A stretch of DNA of 64,000 nt, taken from assembly GCA_012513605.1 (NCBI GenBank), contig JAAZBV010000156.1, forward strand, positions 91,270 through 155,269. Reading direction: 5' to 3'. Below the pieces are notes generated by a model. It did not search any database. It was not told the DNA's origin and saw only the letters and a list, made by a program, of their open reading frames with translations. Source of the DNA: Desulfatiglans sp. GTDB lineage: Bacteria; Desulfobacterota; DSM-4660; Desulfatiglandales; HGW-15. The position numbers were made by a program, and so were the translations under genes. Of this stretch, positions 28,422-37,514 are shown piece after piece (position 1 is the first letter of the stretch; each line of letters begins with the position of its first letter).

Positions 28422-30518
28422 ATGGCGACACCAGGGTTTGGAGGAAAGTTACTCTTAGTTAATCTTACCAATAAACAGATAACTGCACTGGACACAGAAA
28501 AATATGAGCAGTTCGGCGGCGGGCATGGAATGGCCACTGCACTTTTCTGGGATTATTGTGTGGCGCCCGGAGACTGGGATCTGCAGGATGCCTTTCACCC
28601 GAAAAACATGGTTGCCCTTGTAACCGGCCCGGTAAGCGGGACAGGAGTGCCGTGGGCAGCAAGGACAAGTGTTTCAGGGTTGTCACCGCAGTGTTATCCC
28701 ATACAGTGGTTCGGTCATAGCAATTTCGGCGGCATGTTCGGGGCCTTTATGAAAATGGCCGGCTGGGATGGTGTTGCGGTCATTGGCAGGGCAGAATCCC
28801 CTGTCTATATCAATGTGGTAGATGACAGGGTCACCATTGAAGATGCTAAAGAGCTCTGGGGTTTAACCACATGGGAGTGCCAGGAGGAGATATGGAAGAG
28901 ATCCGGCATCAGGTATGGTAAGGAGTGGCAGGGGGTTGAAGAGAGGTATACACTACAGAGACCTGCTATAGTAACCATAGGCCCTGCTGGCGAAAACATG
29001 ACCAGGGTAGCATCACTTGTCCACGGAGGCGGAAGCGGTGCAGGGCAGGGAGGTTTCGGCGGGGTATTTGGCTCCAAAAATCTCAAGGCAATCGCCTTTC
29101 TTGGAACAAAGGGGATAAAGATAGCTGATCCAAAAGTATTGCTGGATGTAAGAGACTGGTATTACCAGAATTGGCCGGCAGGGGCACCCCCTTTTGCAGG
29201 GCAGGGTGTATCATCAGCGTGTATTGGCTGCGGACAGGTAAGAAAGTGTCATAACCGGGACAGGATTCATGGCAAGGATTCGGATGGTTGCGCTGAGGCA
29301 GGATGGTTCTACCTTACACCCCAGGATGCAAATGGGATGGACGATGCAACAAAGTTCAGGATAAACGCTAAAGGCACTGACATAGTCCAGCAGCTTGGTA
29401 TAAACGGCATGGAAACCTGTTTCATGGGCCCCCTGACATTTAAAACTGATCATAATCCCGATTTTCCAATTCAGCCGGAGGTGCCCGCCTATACGGCCCT
29501 TGGCTGGTACATGAAGAGGATGTATGACATGGGTGTTATAGGCCCAGGCACAAAATATGATACTGCCCCTCTGAATTTTAAAAAGTTTGCCACTCAGGAG
29601 TTCATGGAGATCTACGGCATTGCCCTGGCAAACCGTTATGGAATAGGTGACCTGTTGGCCGAGGGAACCGCGCGCATGGCGGATATACTTGGACGAAAGG
29701 ATGATTTTAATACACTTGCCAGACTTACCAACTGGGGTTATGTGGATCACTGGTCCATGCCCGGAGTAGACTGGGCCTATGGTAACCTGATGGATTCAAG
29801 GGACATCAACAGCCATGATATAGACCTGGCAAACCCTGCTGTAGGTCTGATGGGTTTTGGGGGCGGCGGCAACAGCAAATGGTCATGCGAGGAGTTTGTA
29901 AAGATCCATGCAGAGCGAACCACGCGCAACAACCCCTACTGGTTTGATTTCAGCTGGGAGGGTAAACAGGCACATGATACCGGTGTCTTTTCAAGGCACA
30001 AGGCGGAATTTGTCGCATGGCGCATGCATTACTGGACCTATTACAAGGAATCTGTCGGATTCTGTGACTGGGGTTATACAAAGCTCTTTGATGCAAACCA
30101 CCCGAAAGGCTATGGCTATACCCCTGAGGCTGAACCTCGCTGGCTAAACGCAATCACCGGAAGAAAACACACCTTTGAGGATGGGCTTGAAATGGGAAGA
30201 CGCGCCTGGAATCTGAAACGTGCAATCTTTGCCCTTCAGGGCAGGCACAGAAAGATGGAAAAATTTAACGGTTACATGTACAGACCCGGGGCGTCCTATT
30301 GCGGATTTTACAACACGAAGCCAATATACGATGGAAAAAACTGGGAATGGAAGGACTGCAAGGAGCTTTACCTGACTGAAGAGGGTGTGGAAAAGTGGAA
30401 GAGCTATTTCTATGAGATAGAAGGCTGGGACAAGGATTCGGGATATCCGAAGAGGAAAACCCTGGAAAAGCTTGGTCTGAAATATGCTGCTGATCTGCTT
30501 TCTAAAAAACTTGTTTAA
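28422..30518 (+). CDS. aldehyde:ferredoxin oxidoreductase (AOR) family tungsten/molybdopterin protein
   Basis: 698 aa with an AOR-type N-terminus GKLLLVNLTNKQI...FGGGHGMA and large C-terminal domains. Cys cluster CIGCGQVRKC. RBS AAGGAGAA. Confidence 0.7.
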   Translation: MATPGFGGKLLLVNLTNKQITALDTEKYEQFGGGHGMATALFWDYCVAPGDWDLQDAFHPKNMVALVTGPVSGTGVPWAARTSVSGLSPQCYPIQWFGHSNFGGMFGAFMKMAGWDGVAVIGRAESPVYINVVDDRVTIEDAKELWGLTTWECQEEIWKRSGIRYGKEWQGVEERYTLQRPAIVTIGPAGENMTRVASLVHGGGSGAGQGGFGGVFGSKNLKAIAFLGTKGIKIADPKVLLDVRDWYYQNWPAGAPPFAGQGVSSACIGCGQVRKCHNRDRIHGKDSDGCAEAGWFYLTPQDANGMDDATKFRINAKGTDIVQQLGINGMETCFMGPLTFKTDHNPDFPIQPEVPAYTALGWYMKRMYDMGVIGPGTKYDTAPLNFKKFATQEFMEIYGIALANRYGIGDLLAEGTARMADILGRKDDFNTLARLTNWGYVDHWSMPGVDWAYGNLMDSRDINSHDIDLANPAVGLMGFGGGGNSKWSCEEFVKIHAERTTRNNPYWFDFSWEGKQAHDTGVFSRHKAEFVAWRMHYWTYYKESVGFCDWGYTKLFDANHPKGYGYTPEAEPRWLNAITGRKHTFEDGLEMGRRAWNLKRAIFALQGRHRKMEKFNGYMYRPGASYCGFYNTKPIYDGKNWEWKDCKELYLTEEGVEKWKSYFYEIEGWDKDSGYPKRKTLEKLGLKYAADLLSKKLV

Positions 30519-30752
30519 GCATAAAGCCAGGGGATAGACTGTATGCTTAAGGCTGGTAGGAGGTATAAATTCAAGACTAAAGATTCACGATCCAATATTC
30601 CTCTAGTTCCAATGTTCTTCGTTGGAAAAAACGTTCGGCATGTAAATGTGGAACAGGTGGCGCACTTCAAAATGTTAAATTACTTTTAAGTTGGTAAATT
30701 GATGTGCGCCAACTATAAAAAAGTCCTGGTTTTATTACATCTCAGGAGATAT

Positions 30753-30950
30753 TTAATTTTTTATGTCCGTTTCCACTTTTAATACAGTATTCTTATTGTT
30801 TTCATGAGATCCTGTTTTTGACTGAACAACAAAATAATAAGGTTTACCAGGTTCAAGCCCTGTAACATCAATATGGTTTATATCTATTTCCTGCACCGCT
30901 GTATTATCCGAATTGCAAAGCACTAAAAAGCAACTGGATTCCCGCCTTCC
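30753..30950 (-). pseudogene. start-less C-terminal fragment of a fibronectin-type-III domain protein
   Basis: The minus frame reads ...NSDNTAVQEIDINHIDVTGLEPGKPYYFVVQSKTGSHENNKNTVLKVETDIKN*. It has no Met. Its 5' side runs into a short repeat (tcattccctggaaggcgggaatcc) and then a stop. Confidence 0.4.
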
Positions 30951-31002
30951 AGGGAATGACTATAAAAAGACTATTGTTATCAAAATCTTAAATTTAAAAT
31001 CA

Positions 31003-31779
31003 TTATCTTTCAATCTCTGCAAGCGTCTTTTCTATTGCATCCTGGAATATGGCAAATGGTTTTGCGCCGCGGATATAGGTTGCCCCCTTCACCTTTTCGG
31101 GATTTTCCGGATCGACTTTCCCAAGTATAAACCCCGGCACACTCGGTATGCGAAGCTTATCAGCAAGGGCTACATTTTTAGTGACTGTATCAGCATGTTT
31201 TTTTATCTCCATGCAGACCCTGAAATCAGGCATGTCAAGATTAATAGAGGATGCAATACCTTTTATGTCTGCCATTTTGGTCTGATTAAACATGAGCTCT
31301 TCATGCATCTCCCAGAATTTACCCTGATCAGATGCACAGTGTGCCGCCTCAGATGCTGTCACAGAAGGGAGGTCTGACAGCAAAGGATAATCTATAACCA
31401 CATAGCGAAGTTTCCCGGTATCAATAAAGTGCTTCTGTATATCAGGCAGGGTCTCTCTTGTATGAAATGAACAATGGCTGCATGAATAGTCTGAGAATTG
31501 CACAATTATAAGCCGGGCTTTATTACTCCCCATGACCTGATTACCTGCAATATCAAACTCAACATCCTTTACAATAGGGTCCGGCTGCCTTGGAGGCTGA
31601 TTCTGTTGCATGATCATATTGATCATCTCTTTGTCTTTGTTTATGGCCTCCTGTACAGAGCTTGATTCCATTCCATTTTTTTTCTTTTCAGTCGCCTGCT
31701 CCGCAGCAAATACAGGAGAGGCAACATCTGATACCATTAAAAAGATTAGAGCGGCTGTTATGACAAGCCTTATATGCAT
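31003..31779 (-). CDS. DsbA-family thiol:disulfide oxidoreductase (thioredoxin fold)
   Basis: 258 aa with a signal peptide and CxxC active site in FSDYSCSHCSFH. Confidence 0.8.
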   Translation of the reverse strand: MHIRLVITAALIFLMVSDVASPVFAAEQATEKKKNGMESSSVQEAINKDKEMINMIMQQNQPPRQPDPIVKDVEFDIAGNQVMGSNKARLIIVQFSDYSCSHCSFHTRETLPDIQKHFIDTGKLRYVVIDYPLLSDLPSVTASEAAHCASDQGKFWEMHEELMFNQTKMADIKGIASSINLDMPDFRVCMEIKKHADTVTKNVALADKLRIPSVPGFILGKVDPENPEKVKGATYIRGAKPFAIFQDAIEKTLAEIER

Positions 31780-31847
31780 TTTTTGATCTCCTTATTCTCA
31801 ATAAAAAAGCTTCATCCATAAAAACAACTTTCTGGATGTATGCTATT

Positions 31848-32003
31848 TAGTGTCCATCCAGAAAGAGACAAATTCTGGATGGGGCTTTCATCTGTCAGCG
31901 ATCAGATGTCAGCTAAATCTTTGATTTGAAAGTCTTTTGCTGAAAGCTGAATGCTGATGGCTGACCGCTTGAATCCAAAAACGACAGTTTTTGGATTGAC
32001 ATA
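31848..32003 (+). mobile_element. MITE-like element, copy 1 (~155 bp, terminal inverted repeats)
   Basis: TAGTGTCCATCCAGAAAGAG...TTTTTGGATTGACAT. It differs from copy 2 by about a dozen substitutions counted by eye. Internal hairpins are ccatccagaa..ttctggatgg and tccaaaaac..gtttttgga. Confidence 0.8.
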
Positions 32004-32138
32004 TTTAGTATTACCAGTGATTCCCTTTGTCAATAATCTATCCAAAATTTTGTGACGTTAGAAATGGTTGACAAAAAAAAAGATTACCTATAGATTTTTC
32101 ATATTCCCTAACATATTAATTTGAAAGGTATTATTGTT

Positions 32139-33065
32139 ATGAAAACAATTATTTCCGGTTCTATGGCTTATGACAGAATAATGGAGTTTCCGGCAGGATT
32201 CTCCGAATGTATATTACCCGAAAAGATAGATAACCTTAATGTATGCTTCACTGTTAACGGCATGAAGGAGAGGTTTGGCGGCACAGCAGGCAATATTGCC
32301 TATGCCCTCAGGCTCATGGGTGAAGCGCCTGAGATCTCTGCCGCCATTGGTCAGGATCATGCAAAATACATTGACTGGCTCAGAAAAAACAATATCTCTA
32401 CAGGCATGATCAAAATTATTGATAAGGATTTCACAGCAGGGGCATTCATTACCACCGATAAAACAGGCAACCAGATAACCGTATTTAACATCGGCGCAAT
32501 GGGCAATTCATCATGCCTTGATTTTAACAGCCTTGACCCTAAAAATACCATCATTATAATATCACCGGGTAATCTGGATGACATGGTCAACTATCCGAAC
32601 CATTGCAAGGAGAAGGGGATAAGGTATATCTTTGACCCGGGTCAGCAGATACCGGTTATACCCCCTGAGGCACTTGAAAAATCCATTGATGGGGCTATGA
32701 TACTTATTTGCAATGAATATGAACTTGACATGATCATGAATATTACCGGGCTTAATAGAGATGCCCTTCTTAAACGGGCTGAGACCATAATTGTTACAAA
32801 GGGAGAAGAAGGCTCAGTAATCTTCACACAGGATAGTAAAATAGAGATACCTGCTGTGCGTGCAATTCGTGTGCTTGACCCGACTGGCGCAGGCGATGCT
32901 TACAGGGGCGGGCTTATAAGCGGAATTGTAAGGGGAATGGGGCTTAGAGAGAGCGCTATACTTGGCAGCGTATGCGCCTCCTTTGCAGTTGAATGTTATG
33001 GGACACAGGAATATACTTTTACCAAGGATGAATTTCAAAAAAGACTGGATGAGGTTACTAGATAG
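32139..33065 (+). CDS. PfkB-family carbohydrate/nucleoside kinase
   Basis: Has the PfkB signature DPTGAGDAYRGG near the C-terminus. The track start is TTG 32121, but ATG 32139 (MKTIISGSMAYD) is more likely. Confidence 0.8.
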   Translation: MKTIISGSMAYDRIMEFPAGFSECILPEKIDNLNVCFTVNGMKERFGGTAGNIAYALRLMGEAPEISAAIGQDHAKYIDWLRKNNISTGMIKIIDKDFTAGAFITTDKTGNQITVFNIGAMGNSSCLDFNSLDPKNTIIIISPGNLDDMVNYPNHCKEKGIRYIFDPGQQIPVIPPEALEKSIDGAMILICNEYELDMIMNITGLNRDALLKRAETIIVTKGEEGSVIFTQDSKIEIPAVRAIRVLDPTGAGDAYRGGLISGIVRGMGLRESAILGSVCASFAVECYGTQEYTFTKDEFQKRLDEVTR

Positions 33066-33219
33066 TGTCCATCCAGAAAGAGGCAAATTCTGGATGGGGC
33101 TTTCAGCTGTCAGCGATCAGCTGTCAGCTAACTCTCTGATTTGAAAGTCTTTTGGTGAAAGCTGAACGCTGATGGCTGACCGCTTGAATACAAAAACGAT
33201 AGTTTTTGGATGGACACTA
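33063..33219 (+). mobile_element. MITE-like element, copy 2
   Basis: TAGTGTCCATCCAGAAAGAGG...TTTTTGGATGGACACTA with 13-nt perfect terminal inverted repeats. Its first three bases are the TAG stop of the kinase gene. Confidence 0.85.
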
Positions 33220-33257
33220 GATAACAGTATATAACAGCAAATCTGGAGAAAGGAAAA

Positions 33258-33887
33258 ATGACACAGACTAAGGAATGGGCAGAGGCAATTGGAATCAATA
33301 CACAGGATATCTTACCCCCCTCGGAAGATATCAATGAGAGCTACTGGAGAACTGCAGGGGAGGTCGCCATTCGAATCCTGTTGCTTCATTCAATTGTGGC
33401 AGCCGGCTCAGGCATAGACAGAAGGACTATTACTTCATGGTTGCAGGATCAGAACCTGTGGGAGCATGCATCACCACATGAGCAGACAGTGCTTCTCTCC
33501 CCAAGGGTCTTCAGAGAGGACAGGTCCGCTTCACAGTGGCTTCAGGAGGCGCAATGGGCGCTGTTATGGACTATCAATAAGGTTGAAGCCCTCGGCCTTC
33601 CGACAAAAACATGTAACAGTATCAGGCTGGTTGATGAGATTATGCCTACCCTCGGCGGCAATATAGACCAGTTCATCTCCACCGCAGAATTCCGGCCTGC
33701 CCCGGAGATAAATGCGGAAAATGACCGAATCAGCAGGCTGTACCTGAACTACAATAAGGCAGCCGATAAAGGCGAGGCACCTGATGACCTTATCTACGGG
33801 GTGCTGGCAAACCGTTATCACGCCTTCAGGTGGCTTACAAGTGATGACCCATGGGATGATGTGAAAATGGACATCACAGAGTCATAA
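33258..33887 (+). CDS. hypothetical protein (possibly DUF4272-like)
   Basis: 209 aa with GGAGAAAGGAAAA upstream. The family assignment rests only on recollection of the W-rich QWALLWTINKVEALGLP type segment. Confidence 0.5.
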   Translation: MTQTKEWAEAIGINTQDILPPSEDINESYWRTAGEVAIRILLLHSIVAAGSGIDRRTITSWLQDQNLWEHASPHEQTVLLSPRVFREDRSASQWLQEAQWALLWTINKVEALGLPTKTCNSIRLVDEIMPTLGGNIDQFISTAEFRPAPEINAENDRISRLYLNYNKAADKGEAPDDLIYGVLANRYHAFRWLTSDDPWDDVKMDITES

Positions 33888-33906
33888 ATATCGATAGAGA
33901 GATATC

Positions 33907-34635
33907 ATGAGAATAAAAATGCTCGGAACAGGAGGGGCAATAAATGACGGGCTCCCATATAACTCATTCATTGTTGATAATACCCTTCTTGTTGAAACCC
34001 CGCCCGATATCATGAACAGCCTTTACAGGGAGGGTATAGAGAGAAGGGATATATCGACAATATATATATCTCATTTCCATGCAGACCACTGTTTCGGGCT
34101 TCCATTCCTTCTTTTAAAAAATTTTTTTGACGGGTATACAAATACAATAGATGTTTATGGATCTGAAGATATTAGGCAAAGGGTATTAGATTTGTGTGCT
34201 CTTGCCTTCGGGCCTGAAAGCAGGATGCTAAACTGGGTAAACACATATGTCAGGTGCCATGAGGTCAAAGAGGGTAAAGAGGTAACAGCCTGTTCAAAAT
34301 ACAGACTCATTCCCATAAGGATGTTTCATTCTGAAGAGACGTACGGTTTCAATCTGGATTCAGAAGGAAAAAGGCTTCTGTATATAGCTGACTCATACTG
34401 GGATATGAGCCTGCTTAGATACATGGATGATGTGGACACCATTCTGATAGACCTGAATGGCGAAAAATCCGACACTGTAAAGGTGCATATATCTGAGGAT
34501 GACCTTGTAGAACATGCACTCCCTTACTTAAAAAACAGAGAGGTTATTTTTTACGGCACGCACCTCAAATTCAGCAAGGTATCATCAAACAAGAAGATAA
34601 GGTACCTTAAGCCTGGAGATGAGTTAATTATCTAA
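33907..34635 (+). CDS. MBL-fold metallo-hydrolase (RNase Z-like size)
   Basis: 242 aa with the HxHxDH motif as ISHFHADHCFG. Confidence 0.75.
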   Translation: MRIKMLGTGGAINDGLPYNSFIVDNTLLVETPPDIMNSLYREGIERRDISTIYISHFHADHCFGLPFLLLKNFFDGYTNTIDVYGSEDIRQRVLDLCALAFGPESRMLNWVNTYVRCHEVKEGKEVTACSKYRLIPIRMFHSEETYGFNLDSEGKRLLYIADSYWDMSLLRYMDDVDTILIDLNGEKSDTVKVHISEDDLVEHALPYLKNREVIFYGTHLKFSKVSSNKKIRYLKPGDELII

Positions 34636-36920
34636 GTCACCCTGTTATCCAGCACCCGACGCACTGTTTCCGCCACGTTATATAAAGCAAGTGGCTTCAT
34701 TATATATTTTGCAATGCCTGCTTCAGCCGCCCTCTGTTCATCAATAAGATCACTGTAACCGGTGCAGAGTATAACTGGGATATCGGCCCTTAATGCCTTT
34801 ACCCTTCTGGTAAGGTCAAACCCTGTCATTTTGGGCATGGTCATGTCTGTAATAATAAGGTCAAACCTATTTGGATCATTCTCAAATACTTTGCAGGTCT
34901 CGACGGGGTCTGTCCCTGATGTTACTCTATATCCAAGCCTTTCAAAGAGGTAGGTGAGCAATGTTACGATACTCTTTTCATCATCTATAATGAGTATACT
35001 TTCACTTCCACCAAAAAGTGTGCCTGATGATTCATTTTCCTTTTCAGGCTGCTCATTAACAACCGGGAAAACTACCCTTATTGTTGTGCCTTTACCTGGG
35101 ATGCTTTCAACGCGGATCTTTCCATTATGGACTGTCACTATACCATGCACAACAGCAAGCCCCATACCACTGCCCTCTCCCACCCCTTTTGTTGTAAAAT
35201 AGGGGTCAAATATGCGCTCCATAATATCAGGCAGAATGCCATGCCCTGTATCCTTCACTATCAGCTCTGCGTACTCACCATTGGGAAGGTCATAATATTT
35301 TATCCTTTCCCTGTCCCTGGCGCCGAATCTTATGACTGAAATATCGAGTGCTCCTCCGGTTTCACGCATGGCATGTGCGGAGTTTGCGCAAAGGTTAAGC
35401 ATCACCTGGCTTATCTGGGTTGAGTCGCCTATTATATTGTCATCAGACTCAGGGATATTTACGGATATTGATATTGTTGAAGGTATTGTGGCCCTGATCA
35501 GATTTATAGATTCCCTTATTACCCTGTTTATGCTTATGGGGCTAAACTCCTGATCGCTTTTACGGCTGAAGACAAGTATCTGCTCAACCATCTTTTTTGC
35601 CCTGAGACATGCGGTCTTTATCTCATCAATAAACTCTCCGACAGGCCCCCCTTCTGATATGGTGATCTGGGTAAGCTCCGCATTGCCAAGGATAATGCCA
35701 AGGATATTGTTAAAATCATGCGCAATGCCTCCGGCCAGCGTGCCGATTGATTCCATCTTCTGCGCCTGATATAGCCTAGATTCAAGGTTCTTGCTTTCGG
35801 TGATGTCATAAAAAGCGCCCTGAATAAAGCTCTTCTTTCCCTCTCCGGGGTTTATCCGGCAAATATCCCTTACCCACTTTACCTTGCCATCTTTGCGGCT
35901 TATCCTGTATTCATTATCTATAACCTGTACAGTGCCCTCCTTTAGATTATCAATATCAGCCATGACTTTCTTGATATCTTCAGGATGAATCAACTCTCTT
36001 AATGTCAGCTTCTTTTCAAGAATTTCCCAATCATCATAACCGGATATATCCTTCACATAACCGTGAATCATCATAAATTTAAGACTCTCCTGATCTGCCT
36101 GATAGGCAATGCCTACAAAGTTCTGCAAAAACTGACGATATTTTTCTTCGCTGTCCCATAAGGTACGATTAAGCGCCTCCAGTTCACCTGTATACTCATT
36201 GACCTTTCCTAAAAGTTCTGCAAGTTTCATATCAACAAGACGTATCTCACTGCTTACGACCCTGCAGCGGGATGAGACAGGCTCTATCTCCCTGATATTG
36301 CCCGCTGCCAGTGATTCAGCCAGAAACTGAAGTGGTTTAAGCAGGTACAGAAGGATCATCCATGATGCAAAAAGAAGCACTATTGTCCCGCAGGTGGCAG
36401 CTATAAAACTCTTTTTTACACTTTTCTCAAAATGCCTGAATGAATATTTACTGCAATGAAAACGGGCAATGCCAAGCAGCTCTTTTGTGTTAAGAGAAAA
36501 AAGGGGTATCTCAACATTGTAATAATCATCATCTGTGTTTTTAGTCTCAACATCCTGCCATCTGCTTATATCAAGCGAACCCTCTTGCACATCTTTTAAG
36601 ACATCATAATCCATTATAAGCTCAATGCCTGAAACAAAAGGTGTGCCTGTAACAGAATCCCTGAGCAGAAATAGATCATCTATAGTGCTGATGATCTTTT
36701 CCTTGTTTATTTCTCCATCTGAGAGAGAGTTTGCAATAGCGTTGCTCTGGGTCTGTGCAAGTGCCTTGATATTTGACTCTATATCACTCTCTATATGAGG
36801 CATCATAAAATAGAGCCAGTAAAGTGCAATGGATATCTCAATCACAAATGCCAGCACCACAAACATAAGTGTGATCCGGCCCTTCAGGGAGGACGCATAT
36901 TCAGAAAACTTATTGCCCAT
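34632..36920 (-). CDS. hybrid sensor histidine kinase (TM sensor - PAS - HisKA - HATPase - receiver)
   Basis: 762 aa with two TM segments, a PAS-like region, H-box GIAHDFNNIL, ATPase boxes DTGHGI and GSGMGLA, and receiver ILIIDDE...IITDMTMPKMTG. Confidence 0.9.
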   Translation of the reverse strand: MGNKFSEYASSLKGRITLMFVVLAFVIEISIALYWLYFMMPHIESDIESNIKALAQTQSNAIANSLSDGEINKEKIISTIDDLFLLRDSVTGTPFVSGIELIMDYDVLKDVQEGSLDISRWQDVETKNTDDDYYNVEIPLFSLNTKELLGIARFHCSKYSFRHFEKSVKKSFIAATCGTIVLLFASWMILLYLLKPLQFLAESLAAGNIREIEPVSSRCRVVSSEIRLVDMKLAELLGKVNEYTGELEALNRTLWDSEEKYRQFLQNFVGIAYQADQESLKFMMIHGYVKDISGYDDWEILEKKLTLRELIHPEDIKKVMADIDNLKEGTVQVIDNEYRISRKDGKVKWVRDICRINPGEGKKSFIQGAFYDITESKNLESRLYQAQKMESIGTLAGGIAHDFNNILGIILGNAELTQITISEGGPVGEFIDEIKTACLRAKKMVEQILVFSRKSDQEFSPISINRVIRESINLIRATIPSTISISVNIPESDDNIIGDSTQISQVMLNLCANSAHAMRETGGALDISVIRFGARDRERIKYYDLPNGEYAELIVKDTGHGILPDIMERIFDPYFTTKGVGEGSGMGLAVVHGIVTVHNGKIRVESIPGKGTTIRVVFPVVNEQPEKENESSGTLFGGSESILIIDDEKSIVTLLTYLFERLGYRVTSGTDPVETCKVFENDPNRFDLIITDMTMPKMTGFDLTRRVKALRADIPVILCTGYSDLIDEQRAAEAGIAKYIMKPLALYNVAETVRRVLDNRVT

Positions 36921-37500
36921 AGATAACCGATACCCTCATATAGAATTCTTTTATGTTTATTCCTGCCGACTTCATGGTTGATTTATTAATATAGGGCAGA
37001 ACCCTGTCACTTATGTGCAGCCCTCCCAGAACACCCTTTTCAACATCCCCCTGAAAAGGTGAAAAGAGAATAACTCCCTTGTTTACTGAAAATCTGATTA
37101 TCTCAAGCAGTTTTTCATCAAGGGGCTGCATTAAAAAGATGCCGGCAGGAGGATTATCCGCATATGCCCTCATAGTAAGGTCATTCGATATCTCAACACG
37201 GACTGGTATATTGCAGATTGTTTTAAGTTCGCCCAGTCTCTGCGACATGGAAATGGCCTGAGACCTTTTGTCAGTATAAACAAGAAGCAGGGTAATAGTT
37301 CCGTCACTGCCTCTCTTTTTTACAATGTCAAGGTCAGCAGCTATCAGGCTTGGGAAAAGGTCAATGCCTGCCCTCACCCCTAATTCATCCCTCTCTACTG
37401 AATATGCCCTTTCGCCCGTAATAACTATCAGGGCAAGGCTGATAAGGAGGAAATTCCAGGCCAGATATCTGGCATTCTTTATGTTAAAAAGTATCTTCAT
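36910..37500 (-). CDS. YfiR/DUF4154-family periplasmic protein
   Basis: 196 aa with a signal/anchor. The C-terminal pattern GVILFSP...GVLGGLHISDRVLPYINKSTMKSAGINI resembles YfiR. Its position between a TonB-dependent receptor and a sensor kinase is typical for this family. Confidence 0.6.
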   Translation of the reverse strand: MKILFNIKNARYLAWNFLLISLALIVITGERAYSVERDELGVRAGIDLFPSLIAADLDIVKKRGSDGTITLLLVYTDKRSQAISMSQRLGELKTICNIPVRVEISNDLTMRAYADNPPAGIFLMQPLDEKLLEIIRFSVNKGVILFSPFQGDVEKGVLGGLHISDRVLPYINKSTMKSAGINIKEFYMRVSVIYGQ

Positions 37501-37514
37501 GAATATAACAGCAA

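Noticed and set aside
28422-30518. Calling the AOR-family protein BamB (class II benzoyl-CoA reductase).
   Set aside because: No bamC-I-type partner genes are adjacent. Only family-level similarity can be judged from motifs.
30846-30870. A tRNA T-arm-like string, ggttcaagccctg.
   Set aside because: No acceptor or anticodon stems can be drawn around it. It lies in the FN3 fragment reading frame (TGLEPG).
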